Of a DNA stretch of 64,000 nucleotides, positions 1 to 10,337 are shown in pieces. This DNA comes from an uncultured Chthonomonadaceae bacterium. GTDB taxonomy: Bacteria; Armatimonadota; Chthonomonadetes; Chthonomonadales; Chthonomonadaceae. The notes beneath the pieces were generated by a model. The model was not told where the DNA came from and ran no database searches. It saw only the letters and a list, made by a program, of their open reading frames with translations. Within the stretch, counting starts at the first letter, position 1, and each line of letters begins with the position of its first letter. A program made the position numbers and the translations under genes. The stretch is from NCBI GenBank assembly GCA_963817895.1, contig CAWFQB010000004.1, forward strand, positions 896,001-960,000, in the 5' to 3' direction.

Positions 1-2
1 TG

Positions 3-464
3 TTCTGGGCGTTCTTCTGGCATTCCAGCCAGATACCCTCCTCGCAGCACCCTTACGCCGCGAAGTTCTGGCCCATCAGCGCGACATTCCAGGCGCTCTG
101 GAATACGGTCAACAAGCAGCAGGGCGGCATTACGTGGGTCAAGGAGGCCATCAACTTCAACCGTGTGGCGGGCGGCGTGGTTGCTGGATTAGGCGTATAC
201 GCCGTGTTCAGTTTCTTCAAGTGGCCGGTATTATTGTTCTACGGCTTCATCGGGGGCACGGGAGCCTTGCCGCATGACGTGATTCCGACCTTCATCGGCG
301 CATGGCTCGGACGCAAGTACTTCTCGAAACGCTTCGGACTGGATAACTGGCGCATGTACACGCCGGTATTGCTGGCTGGTTTCGCCTGCGGCACGGGCCT
401 GATTGCGATGGCGTCCATTGCGCTTGCCCTGATCGCTAAATCCGTCAACTATCTGCCGTTCTAA
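3..464 (+). CDS. OPT-like (oligopeptide transporter superfamily) membrane protein, C-terminal part (5' end outside window)
   Basis: Frame is open from base 3: FWAFFWHSSQIPSSQHPYAAKFWP...YTPVLLAGFACGTGLI...YLPF*. It has several hydrophobic helices. The IPSxxxPYAxxxWP and PVLxAGFxCG segments resemble OPT-like peptide transporters recalled from similar PqqD/FtsX clusters. Confidence 0.6.
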   Translation, partial: FWAFFWHSSQIPSSQHPYAAKFWPISATFQALWNTVNKQQGGITWVKEAINFNRVAGGVVAGLGVYAVFSFFKWPVLLFYGFIGGTGALPHDVIPTFIGAWLGRKYFSKRFGLDNWRMYTPVLLAGFACGTGLIAMASIALALIAKSVNYLPF

Positions 465-489
465 CTGGTGTCCGTGCTTTGTAAGAAAT

Positions 490-1322
490 ATGGCTGCTAC
501 ATACATCAATCTTGCTGCTGGCGTATTAATAGGCATTGCCCTGCTTCTATTCGTCGTTGGGTTTACCATTGGGAGGAGCGCAGCATCAAAGGGTGACGCG
601 GTTGTCACTATACTGGCTGTTTTGATATTGTGTGGATTGGTTTTTGGGTTGTTCAAACTGCCCGTAAGCGGGCCGCTGATTATCCGGCTGATCCTGGCAT
701 TGATTGTAGAAACTGAAGGCGCGCTGATAGCCGGGTTTTTGTCAGGCGCGTACTTGCGCCGCCAGAACCTCCCTTATGCCAAGAAGATGCTGTGTATGCT
801 GGGTATACCAGTTATGCTTGCTGTCGGCTACCAGATCTCTTAATTTGAAAGCCGTAGCAGAAACTCTGGAAACAGCAGGCGTTCTCAAACCGCGTGACGA
901 TTACAAGCCGGAAACCAACAAAACCTGCCCGGAAAACCTGAAAGGCCTGTACTACGCCTTTGCGCAGTATGCGGAACTCAACGACTCGCTGCCGCCCGCC
1001 GACAAGTGGGAAGAAAACACGGATTTCACGTCGCGGGTTCCGCAGGATGCGTGGCTGCATTGCCCGGTTGTCTCTAATGGACACGATGACAAATTCGGCT
1101 ACGCATACAACGCCGCGCTTAGCGGCAAAAAGCTCAACTTGAACGGCAAGCCGTTGAATACATTCCCGAATGCCGCCAAAACGCCGCTGTTATACGAACT
1201 CGACAAATCTGAACAAGAACGCGCAGGATGGGGTCGCCAGTCTGCCTAAACCGGGACGACACGGCGGACGCAATAACATTCTGTATTTGGATGGACACGT
1301 AGAGGCCGTCGCGCCGAAGTGA
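490..1322 (+). CDS. Membrane protein with C-terminal H-X9-DG domain (frameshifted, about 3 fragments)
   Basis: ORF 490-843 (4 TM helices) joins ORF 776-1249 (C..NLKGLYYAFAQY...LHCP...GYAYN) and a third frame ending ...PGRHGGRNNILYLDGHVEAVAPK* at 1322, which has an exact H-X9-DG motif. Confidence 0.65.
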
Positions 1323-1330
1323 TACAATTA

Positions 1331-1515
1331 TTGACCGGCTTATGAAAAGCCGGTTGGAATGGCCTGCGGCCAGTTGTCCTGCGGACAATTCCTATGTACG
1401 AGTTCGACTACGCCGAATAAAATTTTAGATTGAAGCACAACACTATGGGCGCGGACTCGTCCGCAGGACGACCGGCGGAACGCCAAAGGAACCGGCTTTT
1501 TATAAGCCGGTTCAA
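1331..1515. mobile_element. MITE/REPIN-like element with ~62-bp imperfect terminal inverted repeats
   Basis: 1331-1392 versus the reverse complement of 1453-1515 gives about 50/63 identity by manual alignment. Each end carries an ACCGGCTT-N5-AAGCCGGT hairpin and a GTCCTGCGGAC motif. The internal spacer is 60 bp. Confidence 0.6.
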
Positions 1516-1528
1516 GCGCAAAATAAAT

Positions 1529-2642
1529 ATGCCTTCTGAACTGCAAACAAAACCGAACAAAGTTGCCGCGCCGCGCCGTAAAAACAGCGAAACGGAAGAA
1601 TCCACACAGCCAACCTCCATTGGCTGGCAGGGGATTCGCTTTGTGCTGCCGCCCGATTGGAATCTGACCGGATTTTCGATGGATCGCGAAAACGGCTACC
1701 TGCGCGTGGACGCCCCCGGCAACTCGACGCTGACGGTTCAGGTGCGCTGGCTCAATGCTTCCAACCCGGATCAGAACAACACCATAACAGCCTACACGAT
1801 CATCGCGCCGTTTGTCCGGCACTGGCTGAAGCGTTCCGCCCCCATCGGCCCGACCTCAAAACTGAACTTGAGCGGCAATCTGGAGCGCATCCTTAAAGAG
1901 ACGGAAAAGCAGGCCAAAAAAGCCAAAGCCACCTTTGACAGCACAATCAAGCCGGAGAAAACCGAAGGCAAGGACGGCGAACGGTCAGCGATACATTTCT
2001 CATGGACGGGCGAGGGACGGGCGCAGGGCAAAATCTGGCACTGCAAAACGTGTGACCGCGTGGTGGTGGCGCAGGTTATCGGCATGGCGAAAGACCAGAG
2101 CGCGATAGCCAATATCGCGTCGCGTCTGTTCGCCACGTTTCAAGACCATGCCATAGACGGCTATGACCGTTGGGCGTTGTACGACCTGCAAATGGACGTG
2201 CCGGAGCGATTTCCGATTGCAGGAGCAAAAACTGCTGTCCGGGCATCTGCATCTGGAATGGGCGCGGGGTGGGGAACGGATCGTGCTGGATCGCTGGGGA
2301 CTGGCGAACATGCTGCTGAAAAAATTTTCGCTTGGCGACTGGTTCCGCAACAACGCCCTGGTTTCCGTGCAAAGCCCTGACGCGCGACGACGCGCATACC
2401 GTTCATGGTCACGAAAGCCTGCGCTATTTAGGCGGATTGCCGCTGATGAGCAAACTGCAAGCCCTGCGCGACTCGCAAAGTGTCTCTGAAGCGTTTCCCG
2501 ACGCGCTACGAGGGCGGCATCTGGAACTGCGCCGACTTCCAACAAAATCTACGCCGTGCAGATGCTGCATCAAAAGCAGACGGTTGGACTGTGGGAAGAT
2601 ATTGTCAGTCGCTGCGTTTGCCACCGTCCGAACAAACAATAA
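1529..2642 (+). CDS. Hypothetical protein of the OPT/PqqD/ABC cluster (frameshifted, several fragments)
   Basis: Re-joined reading: IGWQGIRFVLPPDWNL...GYLRVD...WHCKTCDR...WALYDLQMDVP/FRLQEQKLLSGHLHLEW...DRWGLA/.../GIWNC...CVCH...* (TAA 2640-2642). The two halves look like an internal duplication (W...LP.DWNL and W...VP..F.L). Confidence 0.6.
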
Positions 2643-2700
2643 TCAGAGCCACAAGATGAGATTGTGTCCAACATTGAACAGGAAAGTTTGACAACGTAAC

Positions 2701-3276
2701 ATGATCGCGCCGCTGAAAACAAAACTCTATTATGGCCTGGGCAAGTACCTGCCGTTTCTGAAACTCCGCCCGCCGGAAGTGGATCGAGCGGCAACCCTGC
2801 GTCTGCGTCCCCTGCGCCATCCAACCCTCACTTCCGAAAAGCGTGAGAGTGGCGAAACGATACTGATCGTGCCGCAAAATGATGAGGTAAGCCGCATTAC
2901 GCGAACGATGGCGCGTTGGCTGCGCGTGCCCACCGAGCGCAAAGTGGAACTGGATGAGGTGGGCGGCTTTGTGTGGGAATTGTGCGACGGCAGCCACACC
3001 ATTGAATCCGTCGTGCAGAAAACAAGCCGGCACTATAAGATGAACCGCCGCGAAGCGGAAGTATCCGTCACCATGTTCCTGCAAATGCTGCACGAGCGCA
3101 AGTTCATCGGCTTTTACAAAAAAGAAAAAGCGGACAAAGAAAATCGCAAAGAGAATAGTTCGTCGGAGATAACCATGAGCGTCGAAACCATATCCCATAC
3201 GCCACCACATCGCCTGTCAGCGTGCCGCAAAAGCAGATCACGCTGCCGTTCAGCCGCGCCTGGCAGATCAGCATGA
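2701..3276 (+). CDS. PqqD-family protein (RiPP recognition element fold); true 3' end probably near 3160
   Basis: ELDEVGGFVWELCDGSHTIESVV...REAEVSVTMFLQMLHERKFI is the PqqD/RRE signature. The C-terminal extension beyond ~3160 is probably an indel artefact running into the next gene's start. Confidence 0.85.
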   Translation: MIAPLKTKLYYGLGKYLPFLKLRPPEVDRAATLRLRPLRHPTLTSEKRESGETILIVPQNDEVSRITRTMARWLRVPTERKVELDEVGGFVWELCDGSHTIESVVQKTSRHYKMNRREAEVSVTMFLQMLHERKFIGFYKKEKADKENRKENSSSEITMSVETISHTPPHRLSACRKSRSRCRSAAPGRSA

Positions 3277-3833
3277 AAAGCATCAAAATACGCTTTGCGC
3301 GTTCGCTGATTACCGCCGGGGGCATTTTGCTCGGTATCGCGTTTTTCAGTTCGGTGCGTACCGGGATGCTGTTCACCATGGCCCCCACAAGCAATGACCC
3401 GGACGCAATTGCCGAAGTGGTTGCTGCGGGACACCGGCAATCGTGGCTGGCGATTATGGCCCTGCTCGTGTGCTTTGTCGGCATTATGAACTCCATGCTG
3501 ATGTCGGTTACGGAGCGCTACAAAGAGATCGGCACGATGAAGTGTCTGGGCGCATTAGACCGCTTCATTGTCACGCTGTTCTTCATCGAAGCGGGCTTGA
3601 TGGGCGTGATCGCTTCCGCCGCAGGCTGGTTCCTGGGCTGGTTTATCATCACGCTGGTACATGTGGTTTCCAGCGGGGTGGGTACTCTGGACGGCGCGTT
3701 CTGGTACGGTACGCTGCTGCAAATGCTGCAATCGCTGGGCATCGGACTGGGCATCACGCTGATTGCCGCCATTCCCCCCGCCGTTCAAGCCGCCAAAATG
3801 CCGCCCGCTGCCGCCTTGCGCAGTACGATATAG
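3175..3833 (+). CDS. FtsX-like ABC transporter permease (small, almost no extracytoplasmic domain)
   Basis: GIMNSMLMSVTERYKEIGTMKCLGALDRFI...EA...PAVQAAKMPPAAALR is the FtsX/MacB permease signature. Probable start is ATG 3175 after GGAG, frameshifted into ORF 3222-3833. Confidence 0.88.
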
Positions 3834-3908
3834 GGAACAGGGAGTAGGTTGTAGGGAGTAGTTGCAAACCAAGTCTTTCCTACTCCCTACAACCTACTCC
3901 CTACTCCC
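3831..3908. repeat. Inverted pair of heptamer tandem arrays (GGGAGTA / TACTCCC family)
   Basis: TAGGGAACAGGGAGTAGGTTGTAGGGAGTAG...CCTACTCCCTACAACCTACTCCCTACTCCC; same family at 10250-10337. Confidence 0.85.
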
Positions 3909-3921
3909 GAAAGGACCTGAC

Positions 3922-4692
3922 ATGGTAACAATGGAACGCGTGACGCGCGTTGAATATGTGGTGCGAACCAAAGGGCTGGTAAAGATATTCAAGATGGGCG
4001 ACGAGGTGCTGCGCGCGCTGAACGGCGTTGATCTCGATATTCGCAAGGGCGAGTACCTGTCCATTATGGGGCCGTCCGGGTCGGGCAAGTCCACGCTGTT
4101 CAATGCGATTGGCGGACTGGATCGGCCTGATGAGGGTTCCGTTTTTATTGACGATGTGGATATGGCGCAACTCAGCGCGAGCGAACTGGCCTATCTGCGC
4201 TGTCACAAGATCGGCTACATCTTCCAGACATTCAACCTGCTGCCCGCAATGACCGCGCTGGAAAACGTCACGCTTCCGACGATTTTCGCCGGCATGTCTA
4301 CGGACGAGGGTATTGAGCGCGGCATCGAAATTCTGAACAAAGTGGGGCTTGGACACCGTCTTCATCATCGTCCGACACAGCTTTCGGGCGGACAGCAGCA
4401 GCGCGTCGCCATTGCCCGCGCCCTCGCCAACCGCCCCGCCATTGTCCTTGCCGACGAACCGACCGGCAACCTCGACTTGAAAACGGGCGAAGAGATCATT
4501 GCCCTGCTGCGCGAACTGAACCGCAACGAGGGCGTAACGATTATTTCGGCCACGCACGATTACAAAATGGTGGAAGTGTCGGATCGCGTTGTCTGGATTC
4601 GCGACGGCAAAATCGCCAAAATCGAAGAGCGCGCCGACATCAAAATCAGCGTCGGCGCGATACAGGATGCTGAAGGGCATGATGAAAAGTAG
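3922..4692 (+). CDS. ABC transporter ATP-binding protein (LolD/MacB/FtsE family)
   Basis: Walker [10 protein letters not shown], signature [15 protein letters not shown], Walker [13 protein letters not shown]-loop ATHD; ATG 3922 after AAGGA. Confidence 0.95.
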   Translation: MVTMERVTRVEYVVRTKGLVKIFKMGDEVLRALNGVDLDIRKGEYLSIMGPSGSGKSTLFNAIGGLDRPDEGSVFIDDVDMAQLSASELAYLRCHKIGYIFQTFNLLPAMTALENVTLPTIFAGMSTDEGIERGIEILNKVGLGHRLHHRPTQLSGGQQQRVAIARALANRPAIVLADEPTGNLDLKTGEEIIALLRELNRNEGVTIISATHDYKMVEVSDRVVWIRDGKIAKIEERADIKISVGAIQDAEGHDEK

Positions 4693-4709
4693 AATTGGAG
4701 TTTCTTAAT

Positions 4710-6000
4710 ATGGCGAGTTTGCGGGGAACGGGGTTGGGTACGGGAATTGCGCTTGGCACGGCGGCGATTGTGCGTCTGCGCAACGGTTTTCCCGTGCCGC
4801 CCGCCATTCCGCCCCGGATTATGGAGCAGCTTGCCAAACGGCGCGGGGACGAAACGCCGGATATAGTCCTTGTGGCGGACGATTACGCGACGGCAGTTGG
4901 CATTGCCGCCTCGGTGCGGTGGGGGAATGTGGTCGCGATTGTCGCGGCGGGAAGCGCGGGAACGCCCCTGAACGATCTGCCTACGGTTGCCGGAATTGCG
5001 GGCCTGTTGGAAGCAGTTCAGGAGGATACGCTCATTATTGTGGATGCCGGACGGGGCGTAGTGGTGGCGGACCCCGGACGGCACAGCCCTCGCGCAGTAC
5101 CAGAACATGCGGAACAATCTGGCCCCGAAAAAGCGACTGTATCTGGATGAGGGGCATCTGATCGCGCATACGCTGGACGGACGCGCCATACAGGTATTCG
5201 CGCAGGTGACGAGTTCGGAGGCTCTGGAAACGGCGCAGGCGAATGGCGCGGACGCGCTGTACGTGCCGTTTGGTTCGCCCCTGTTGCCTGCGGATGGCGA
5301 TGAAGATACACAGCGAAACGCGCTGATGAATTTGATACAGCAGGCGGGCGGCAAGCCCCTGTTGCTGGCGGATGACTACGCTTTGTCGGCGAATTTGCTG
5401 CTGGAAGCGGCTGTGAAAGCCGACCTGACGATTGCCTGCCCGCTGATGCCGCATCTGGAAGCGCTAGGCGTGGGCGAGTTCGGGCAGGAATTGAACGAAG
5501 CCCGCGCCGACTGCCTTGCCAATGATATGATATGTGACGTGCCGCGACTGGCGGTTCACCTGCCGCTGGAGTTCGATCTTCTCCCCCTCGACGACCCGGA
5601 AGCGGCGACGTTTTTCATGGATCGGCTGGCGTATAACGGCGCGATGCGCGTTCTGGTCAGCCTTGAATACGCCAGTATGGAAATCCCGTTGCTGTCGTTT
5701 CTGGAAGCCATGATACGGGCGGGCAATTCGGCCATGCTGCCTGTTTACGTGGCTTCGTGGCTGGCAAATTTCGGGTTTGCAGAGGGCGAGCTGTTGGATG
5801 ATAGCAACAAAATGGCTTTGGAGCAGCTTATTGGAGCGGGAAGCGCGGCCTTAATCGTGCCGCCCGCCGATGTAGCCACTGTCAAAACCGCGATTCAGGA
5901 ACTGAACTATTGGGAGTGCCGGGATGCGCTGAACAAACAATTGGGGATAAGCGCTGAGACAAACAGAGGCGATTTACTGGATGAAGAGGAATTCGCGTGA
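4710..6000 (+). CDS. Degenerate PTS Enzyme I-like (PEP-utilizer) protein, probably non-catalytic (one frameshift near 5075)
   Basis: LRGTGLGTGIALGTA (EI N-terminal strand), PDIVLVADD...LPTVAG...LIIVDAGRGVVVADP (swivel domain) and AHTLDGRAIQVFA...AQANGAD (start of the PEP-binding barrel). The TSH phospho-His, GTNDL and CGE motifs are absent. Confidence 0.7.
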
Positions 6001-7016
6001 CGAAAACCGTTGTACTTGTGCTGCTTGCGCCCGATGATGCCGACGCGCAAACGTTCCGGCAGGCGATGGACGCGGACGAGAATTTGCGCGACCAGATCGA
6101 ATTGCGGTTCAGCCGGAGTGAGGATGCCGACTCGCAGTTGGCGGATGCGGACATAGCCGTATGCGGCAACCTGTCGCCGGAGCAATTGGAACGCGCCGAA
6201 AATTTGAAATGGATCGCCTTCTGGAGCGCGGGCATGGACGGCAAATACACGCCGCAACTGGCCGCCCGCAACCTGATCCTGACAAACGCGAGCGGCGTAC
6301 ACGGCCCCAACATCGCCGAACACGTCATGATGTTCATGCTGATGTTCACCCGCAACGAGCCGTTCTATTTTCGCAGGCAATTGGAGGGCGAGTGGAAGCG
6401 CGACAACTGGGGGCAGGAAAAGTGGAACCGACAGCCCCGCCGCAGCGCAGCCGAGGAATTGACCGGGCAGACACTGGGCATTGTGGGATTAGGACGTATT
6501 GGCGAATCTCTTGCCGTTCGCGCCAAAGCCTTTGATATGCGCGTCATCGCCACCAAGCGCAATCCGAACGAACGCTATGACGCGCAGGTGCCTGTGGATG
6601 CCGTATATGGAATGGACGACCTGCCGCGCCTGCTGTCCGAATCCGACCATATCTGCGTTACCATCCCGCACACGCCCCAAACCCACCATTTCATCAGCGC
6701 GGAGATGCTGGCGCATTGCAAGCCATCCGCGTATATCTACAACATCGGCAGGGGCAGCACCATAGATGAGGCCGCATTAGCAGCCGCGCTGGAGCAGGGC
6801 AAACTTGCGGGCGCGGGATTGGATGTGTTCGAGACGGAACCGCTTCCTGCCGAAAGCCCACTGTGGAAGATGGACAACGTAATCCTCACGCCCCACGTAT
6901 CCGGCATCACGCCCTTCTACTTCAAACGTTTTGCTGAACTTTTCCTCGCAAACTTGCGCCAATTTCTCTCCAGCGAACCTTTGCAAAATGTTTTCGATCC
7001 CATAAAAGGCTACTAA
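5997..7016 (+). CDS. D-2-hydroxyacid dehydrogenase (NAD-binding)
   Basis: GIVGLGRIG Rossmann motif, NIGRG, GAGLDVFETEPL, TPHVSG catalytic His; GTGA overlap with the upstream gene. Confidence 0.93.
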   Translation: MTKTVVLVLLAPDDADAQTFRQAMDADENLRDQIELRFSRSEDADSQLADADIAVCGNLSPEQLERAENLKWIAFWSAGMDGKYTPQLAARNLILTNASGVHGPNIAEHVMMFMLMFTRNEPFYFRRQLEGEWKRDNWGQEKWNRQPRRSAAEELTGQTLGIVGLGRIGESLAVRAKAFDMRVIATKRNPNERYDAQVPVDAVYGMDDLPRLLSESDHICVTIPHTPQTHHFISAEMLAHCKPSAYIYNIGRGSTIDEAALAAALEQGKLAGAGLDVFETEPLPAESPLWKMDNVILTPHVSGITPFYFKRFAELFLANLRQFLSSEPLQNVFDPIKGY

Positions 7017-7049
7017 ATCCAATCAGCCCATTTTGTCGTTACAGAATTA

Positions 7050-7092
7050 GCCCCTCTCCCATGCTTTTTTGGGAGAGGGGTTGGGGTGAGGG
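7050..7092. repeat. REP-like palindrome (CCCCTCTCCC...GGGAGAGGGG-TTGGGGTGAGGG family)
   Basis: CCCCTCTCCCA-N7-TGGGAGAGGGG stem followed by TTGGGGTGAGGG; related to 29951, 31068 and 37911. Confidence 0.7.
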
Positions 7093-7108
7093 CAAATTGA
7101 CGTGAACA

Positions 7109-7117
7109 TGCTATACT
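7109..7117 (+). promoter_or_regulatory. Extended -10 promoter (TGcTATACT), probably leaderless
   Basis: TATACT at 7112-7117 ends 7 nt before ATG 7125; no Shine-Dalgarno sequence. Confidence 0.55.
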
Positions 7118-7124
7118 GTTTGTC

Positions 7125-8127
7125 ATGGATGAACGAGAATTCACTCGGCGCAAACGGGAAGGGTGGGAGCAGCTTGCCGCCCTTGTGGAAAAGGCCAACA
7201 GCAAGAGCGGCGTCAAAGCCTTGAGTCGGGAGGAACTGCTCGCGCTTGGCCCTTTATATCGGCGCGCGTGTTCCGATCTGGCCTACGCCCGCGTACACGC
7301 CGTCAGCGCAGACCTTGTCGCCCAACTGAACGGGCTTGTCGGGCAGACACACGCTTTACTGTATGAGGCCGAACATACGGGCCGCGCGTTGCGCTCGGTT
7401 GTGGATTTTTACCTGTACGATTTCCCCGCGCTGCTGCAAAAACACATCCGCTATTTTCTCGCTGCGTTTGGCCTGACTGTTATCGGAGCGTTTTACGCCT
7501 ACTGGTTTGTGCAAACCCATCCCGCGCAGGAGGAGGTTTTCATTCCTCCGCAGTTCAAGAAATCGTTTGACATCTGGAAAAAAGGCGGCGGCGCGTCCGC
7601 GTCCAGCACGGAGTTTTCCGGCGCGTTGTTCGCCAACAATCAGCGTGTCGGCCTGATCGCTTACGCGACGGGCGTGGTTGCGGGCGTACCAACTTGTTAC
7701 ATGCTGTTTGAAAACGGGGCCACGTCTGGGCGCGTTATCCGCTGTGGTCACGCAGTCGCATCAACACGCGAATTTATGGCCCGGTATTCTGCCGCACGGC
7801 ATTGCCGAACTGACGGCAATTTTCATCTGTGGCGGGGCGGGTATGTTGCTTGGCGGTTCGCTGCTGTTGCCCGGTCGCTATCGCCGTTCCGAGTCGTTCC
7901 GTAAAGCAGGGTTGGAGTCTATCTATCTGGTGCTTGGCACGATTCCGTTGTTTGTATTCGCGGGCATTGTGGAGGGCATGTTCTCGCATCTTGGCTTGCC
8001 GGGTTGGGTGCGACTCGCCTTTGCCGGCATGAACGGCGTCCTCTGGTACACATATCTGTTTCTGCCGCGCCGCAAGCCGGAAGAAGCCGCCGTTCCCAAT
8101 ATTACGCGGAACTTGACTGCCGCGTAG
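7125..8127 (+). CDS. SpoIIM-like (DUF95) membrane protein (frameshift near 7725)
   Basis: LYRRACSDLAYAR, FANNQRVG..., ILPHGIAELTAIFICGGAG...AGIVEG are typical of SpoIIM-family proteins. Confidence 0.85.
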
Positions 8128-8142
8128 CGCGTAAGTTCAGAA

Positions 8143-8252
8143 GTCAGGTTGTTAGGTTGTTAGTCGTCAGGCACTCGGCTTATCGCATAAACACACGTTG
8201 GTCTTTTGTATTGTCCTAACAACCTAACAACCTGACAACCTAACAACCTAAC
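8143..8252. repeat. Inverted pair of octamer tandem arrays (GTTAGGTT / AACCTAAC)
   Basis: GTCAGGTTGTTAGGTTGTTAG...CCTAACAACCTAACAACCTGACAACCTAACAACCTAAC. Confidence 0.85.
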
Positions 8253-8267
8253 CCCCGGAGCTTTTGC

Positions 8268-10252
8268 ATGTCCCAATCCGAACCGGATGGCTGTCCGCGC
8301 GATACGCTTGCGCAACTGCGCCAACAATATCCTGACGCCCCCTTTCTGGCGTTGGGGCAAACCGTTTTTTGGGACGAGCCGGTCAAGGCCGCGTTGCGGA
8401 AGCTGCTGGATGACAATCATCTCGGCGGGCACATGGTGTTGGGCGTTCACGATACGGATTATTTCGCCAAAGCGCACTTGCCCCATGCCCGGCAGGGACG
8501 TTTCGCGCTCATGCCCCATAACGACGGCAGCACCAAATCGCTGTGGTCGGCGGCAGGCGAAATCTCTACCCTGTTCGGCAGCGAAACGTTTCCCACGCGG
8601 CAGGATTACGTGCGCTGCGGCGTCGCGTTTCGCAAGCTGGCGCGCGCGCATCCCGGACGGGCCGCAGGCGTTTCTGGACGCAATGACCGAAGCGTGGGGC
8701 TGGCGCGGACTGGTGTATACCGGTTCGCGTGACCTGATTGTGCATTATCTGCCTCTGCGGGAGGTCGGCGACGGCCTGCTGGAAATGCTGAAGTGGGGAT
8801 TTGAGAACGCGCTGGCGCAGGTTGTTCCCGGCTGCTGTCAGGACGAGGCGAAAAACGTTACGGAAACCATTGCTCGGCTGGTGTCAGCAGTTCCGCGCAG
8901 GCGCAACCCGGAGAAAACCCTTTCCGACCTGTTCCAGTATTTGCTGCCTCTGTTTTATACCATGCTGCTCGGCGCGGACCCGCAAAATATCAGCGTGGAT
9001 TGCACCACGAACCTGCTGCGCCTGACCCCGCAAACCGCGCATCTGCCCCGCTTCCGCTTTGTAGATTTGTTTCTGAACCCCGCAACCCGCGAACATCGCG
9101 CTTCACGCCTATAATACCGCGCTGGCCGGTTCAGAAATTTATACGCTTGACCGCTTTGGCGCGGGCGCATTGCCATTCGATGTGATTTTGCCGGAACGCG
9201 GGCGGGGAACCCTGCGCGTGACGCCGCGCGTGTTGTTCGTGGAAACACGCCAACCCGTCGCCATCGGCCTGAAAAAGCCGGTCGAATCCGTACAGGAATT
9301 GGCAGAAATCCTGAACCGCAAATTGGGCGATCAGGTAACGCTTGTCGGTAAAGCCGTATCCCTCGTTTCCATGCTGGCGCAGGAATTTATCTTTGTTTTT
9401 AGCGAAGAGGGTTCCCTGTACGTGCGCCGAACCCGGCAGATGAACGACATGCTGGCCGCGCAGGGCATCTCATTGGACATGCGCCCTATACTGCGGATGC
9501 GCTATCATACGTGGGACGCGCTTGCTGTGGGCAAATCCACGCTAACTCCCACGCCGCACCTTGCCGCCACATTTGGACAGCCGACAATTACGACCCCGGA
9601 GTTCGCGTCACAATGGAAGCAGGTAGTTCAGGAGCAGCGGCAATTATGTGAGCAGATCGCGCTGGTACATAAGCCCTCAGAACTGCTGCAATTTCTACAG
9701 GCGCGGAGTGGGGGAGAAGATTGGGAAGAGCAGGCGCGCGTTTATTCGCAGGCCCGACAACTCCTCTGCGAATATCGGGAACAGACGGCCGCCATTCAGC
9801 AGCAGGTTGACGCGCTGTACGCCACGCGAAAACAACTAAAACAACGCAGCCGGGACACGCAGCAGGCGCAGGGCGAACATTTTCGGAGCGTAACCGAATG
9901 GACGCCCGATGAGATTGCCCGCCGCGCCGCCTACGAGGGTGAAACCAGAGACTTGATGCTTCAAAAGCGCGTCGTATGCAGCGAAATCAATAGCCTGAAA
10001 CAGCGCCGCTACTCCATTGAGCGCGGCCCGGACGTTGAACAGACGCGCGAAAGATTGGCGCAGATCGAAACGCGAGCGGAAATGGCCCGCCTGCAACTGG
10101 TACGCAACGCCCTGCTCACCACTGAGGGCCTGACCCATACCAATCATCGTCCGTCCGTCTGGTGGCTGCCCATTCTCGACCCATCCGGCGACTGGTTCCG
10201 CCGCCTCGCCGATACGGCGGAAGTGTATACGGAGCCGTTGCTGTCACAGTAG
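8268..10252 (+). CDS. Large hypothetical protein (~660 aa) with C-terminal coiled coil (frameshifted, at least 3 fragments)
   Basis: ORFs 8268-8732, 8287-9114 and 9170-10252 overlap in register. Motifs [22 protein letters not shown] and HRP are present, and ~9600-10100 is a Gln/Arg-rich coiled coil. Confidence 0.7.
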
Positions 10253-10337
10253 GGAGTAGGTTGTAGGGGTAGGAAAAGCAATGTTCAACTTGTGAATTGC
10301 CCTACTCCCTACGCCCTGCGCCCTACTCCCTACTCCC
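10250..10337. repeat. Inverted heptamer arrays (GGGAGTA / TACTCCC family) filling the whole intergenic space
   Basis: Starts at the TAG stop and ends directly before ATG 10338. Confidence 0.85.

Noticed and set aside
7125..8127. SpoIIM-like and Spo0J-like genes as evidence of sporulation
   Set aside because: Both families are widespread in non-sporulating bacteria.
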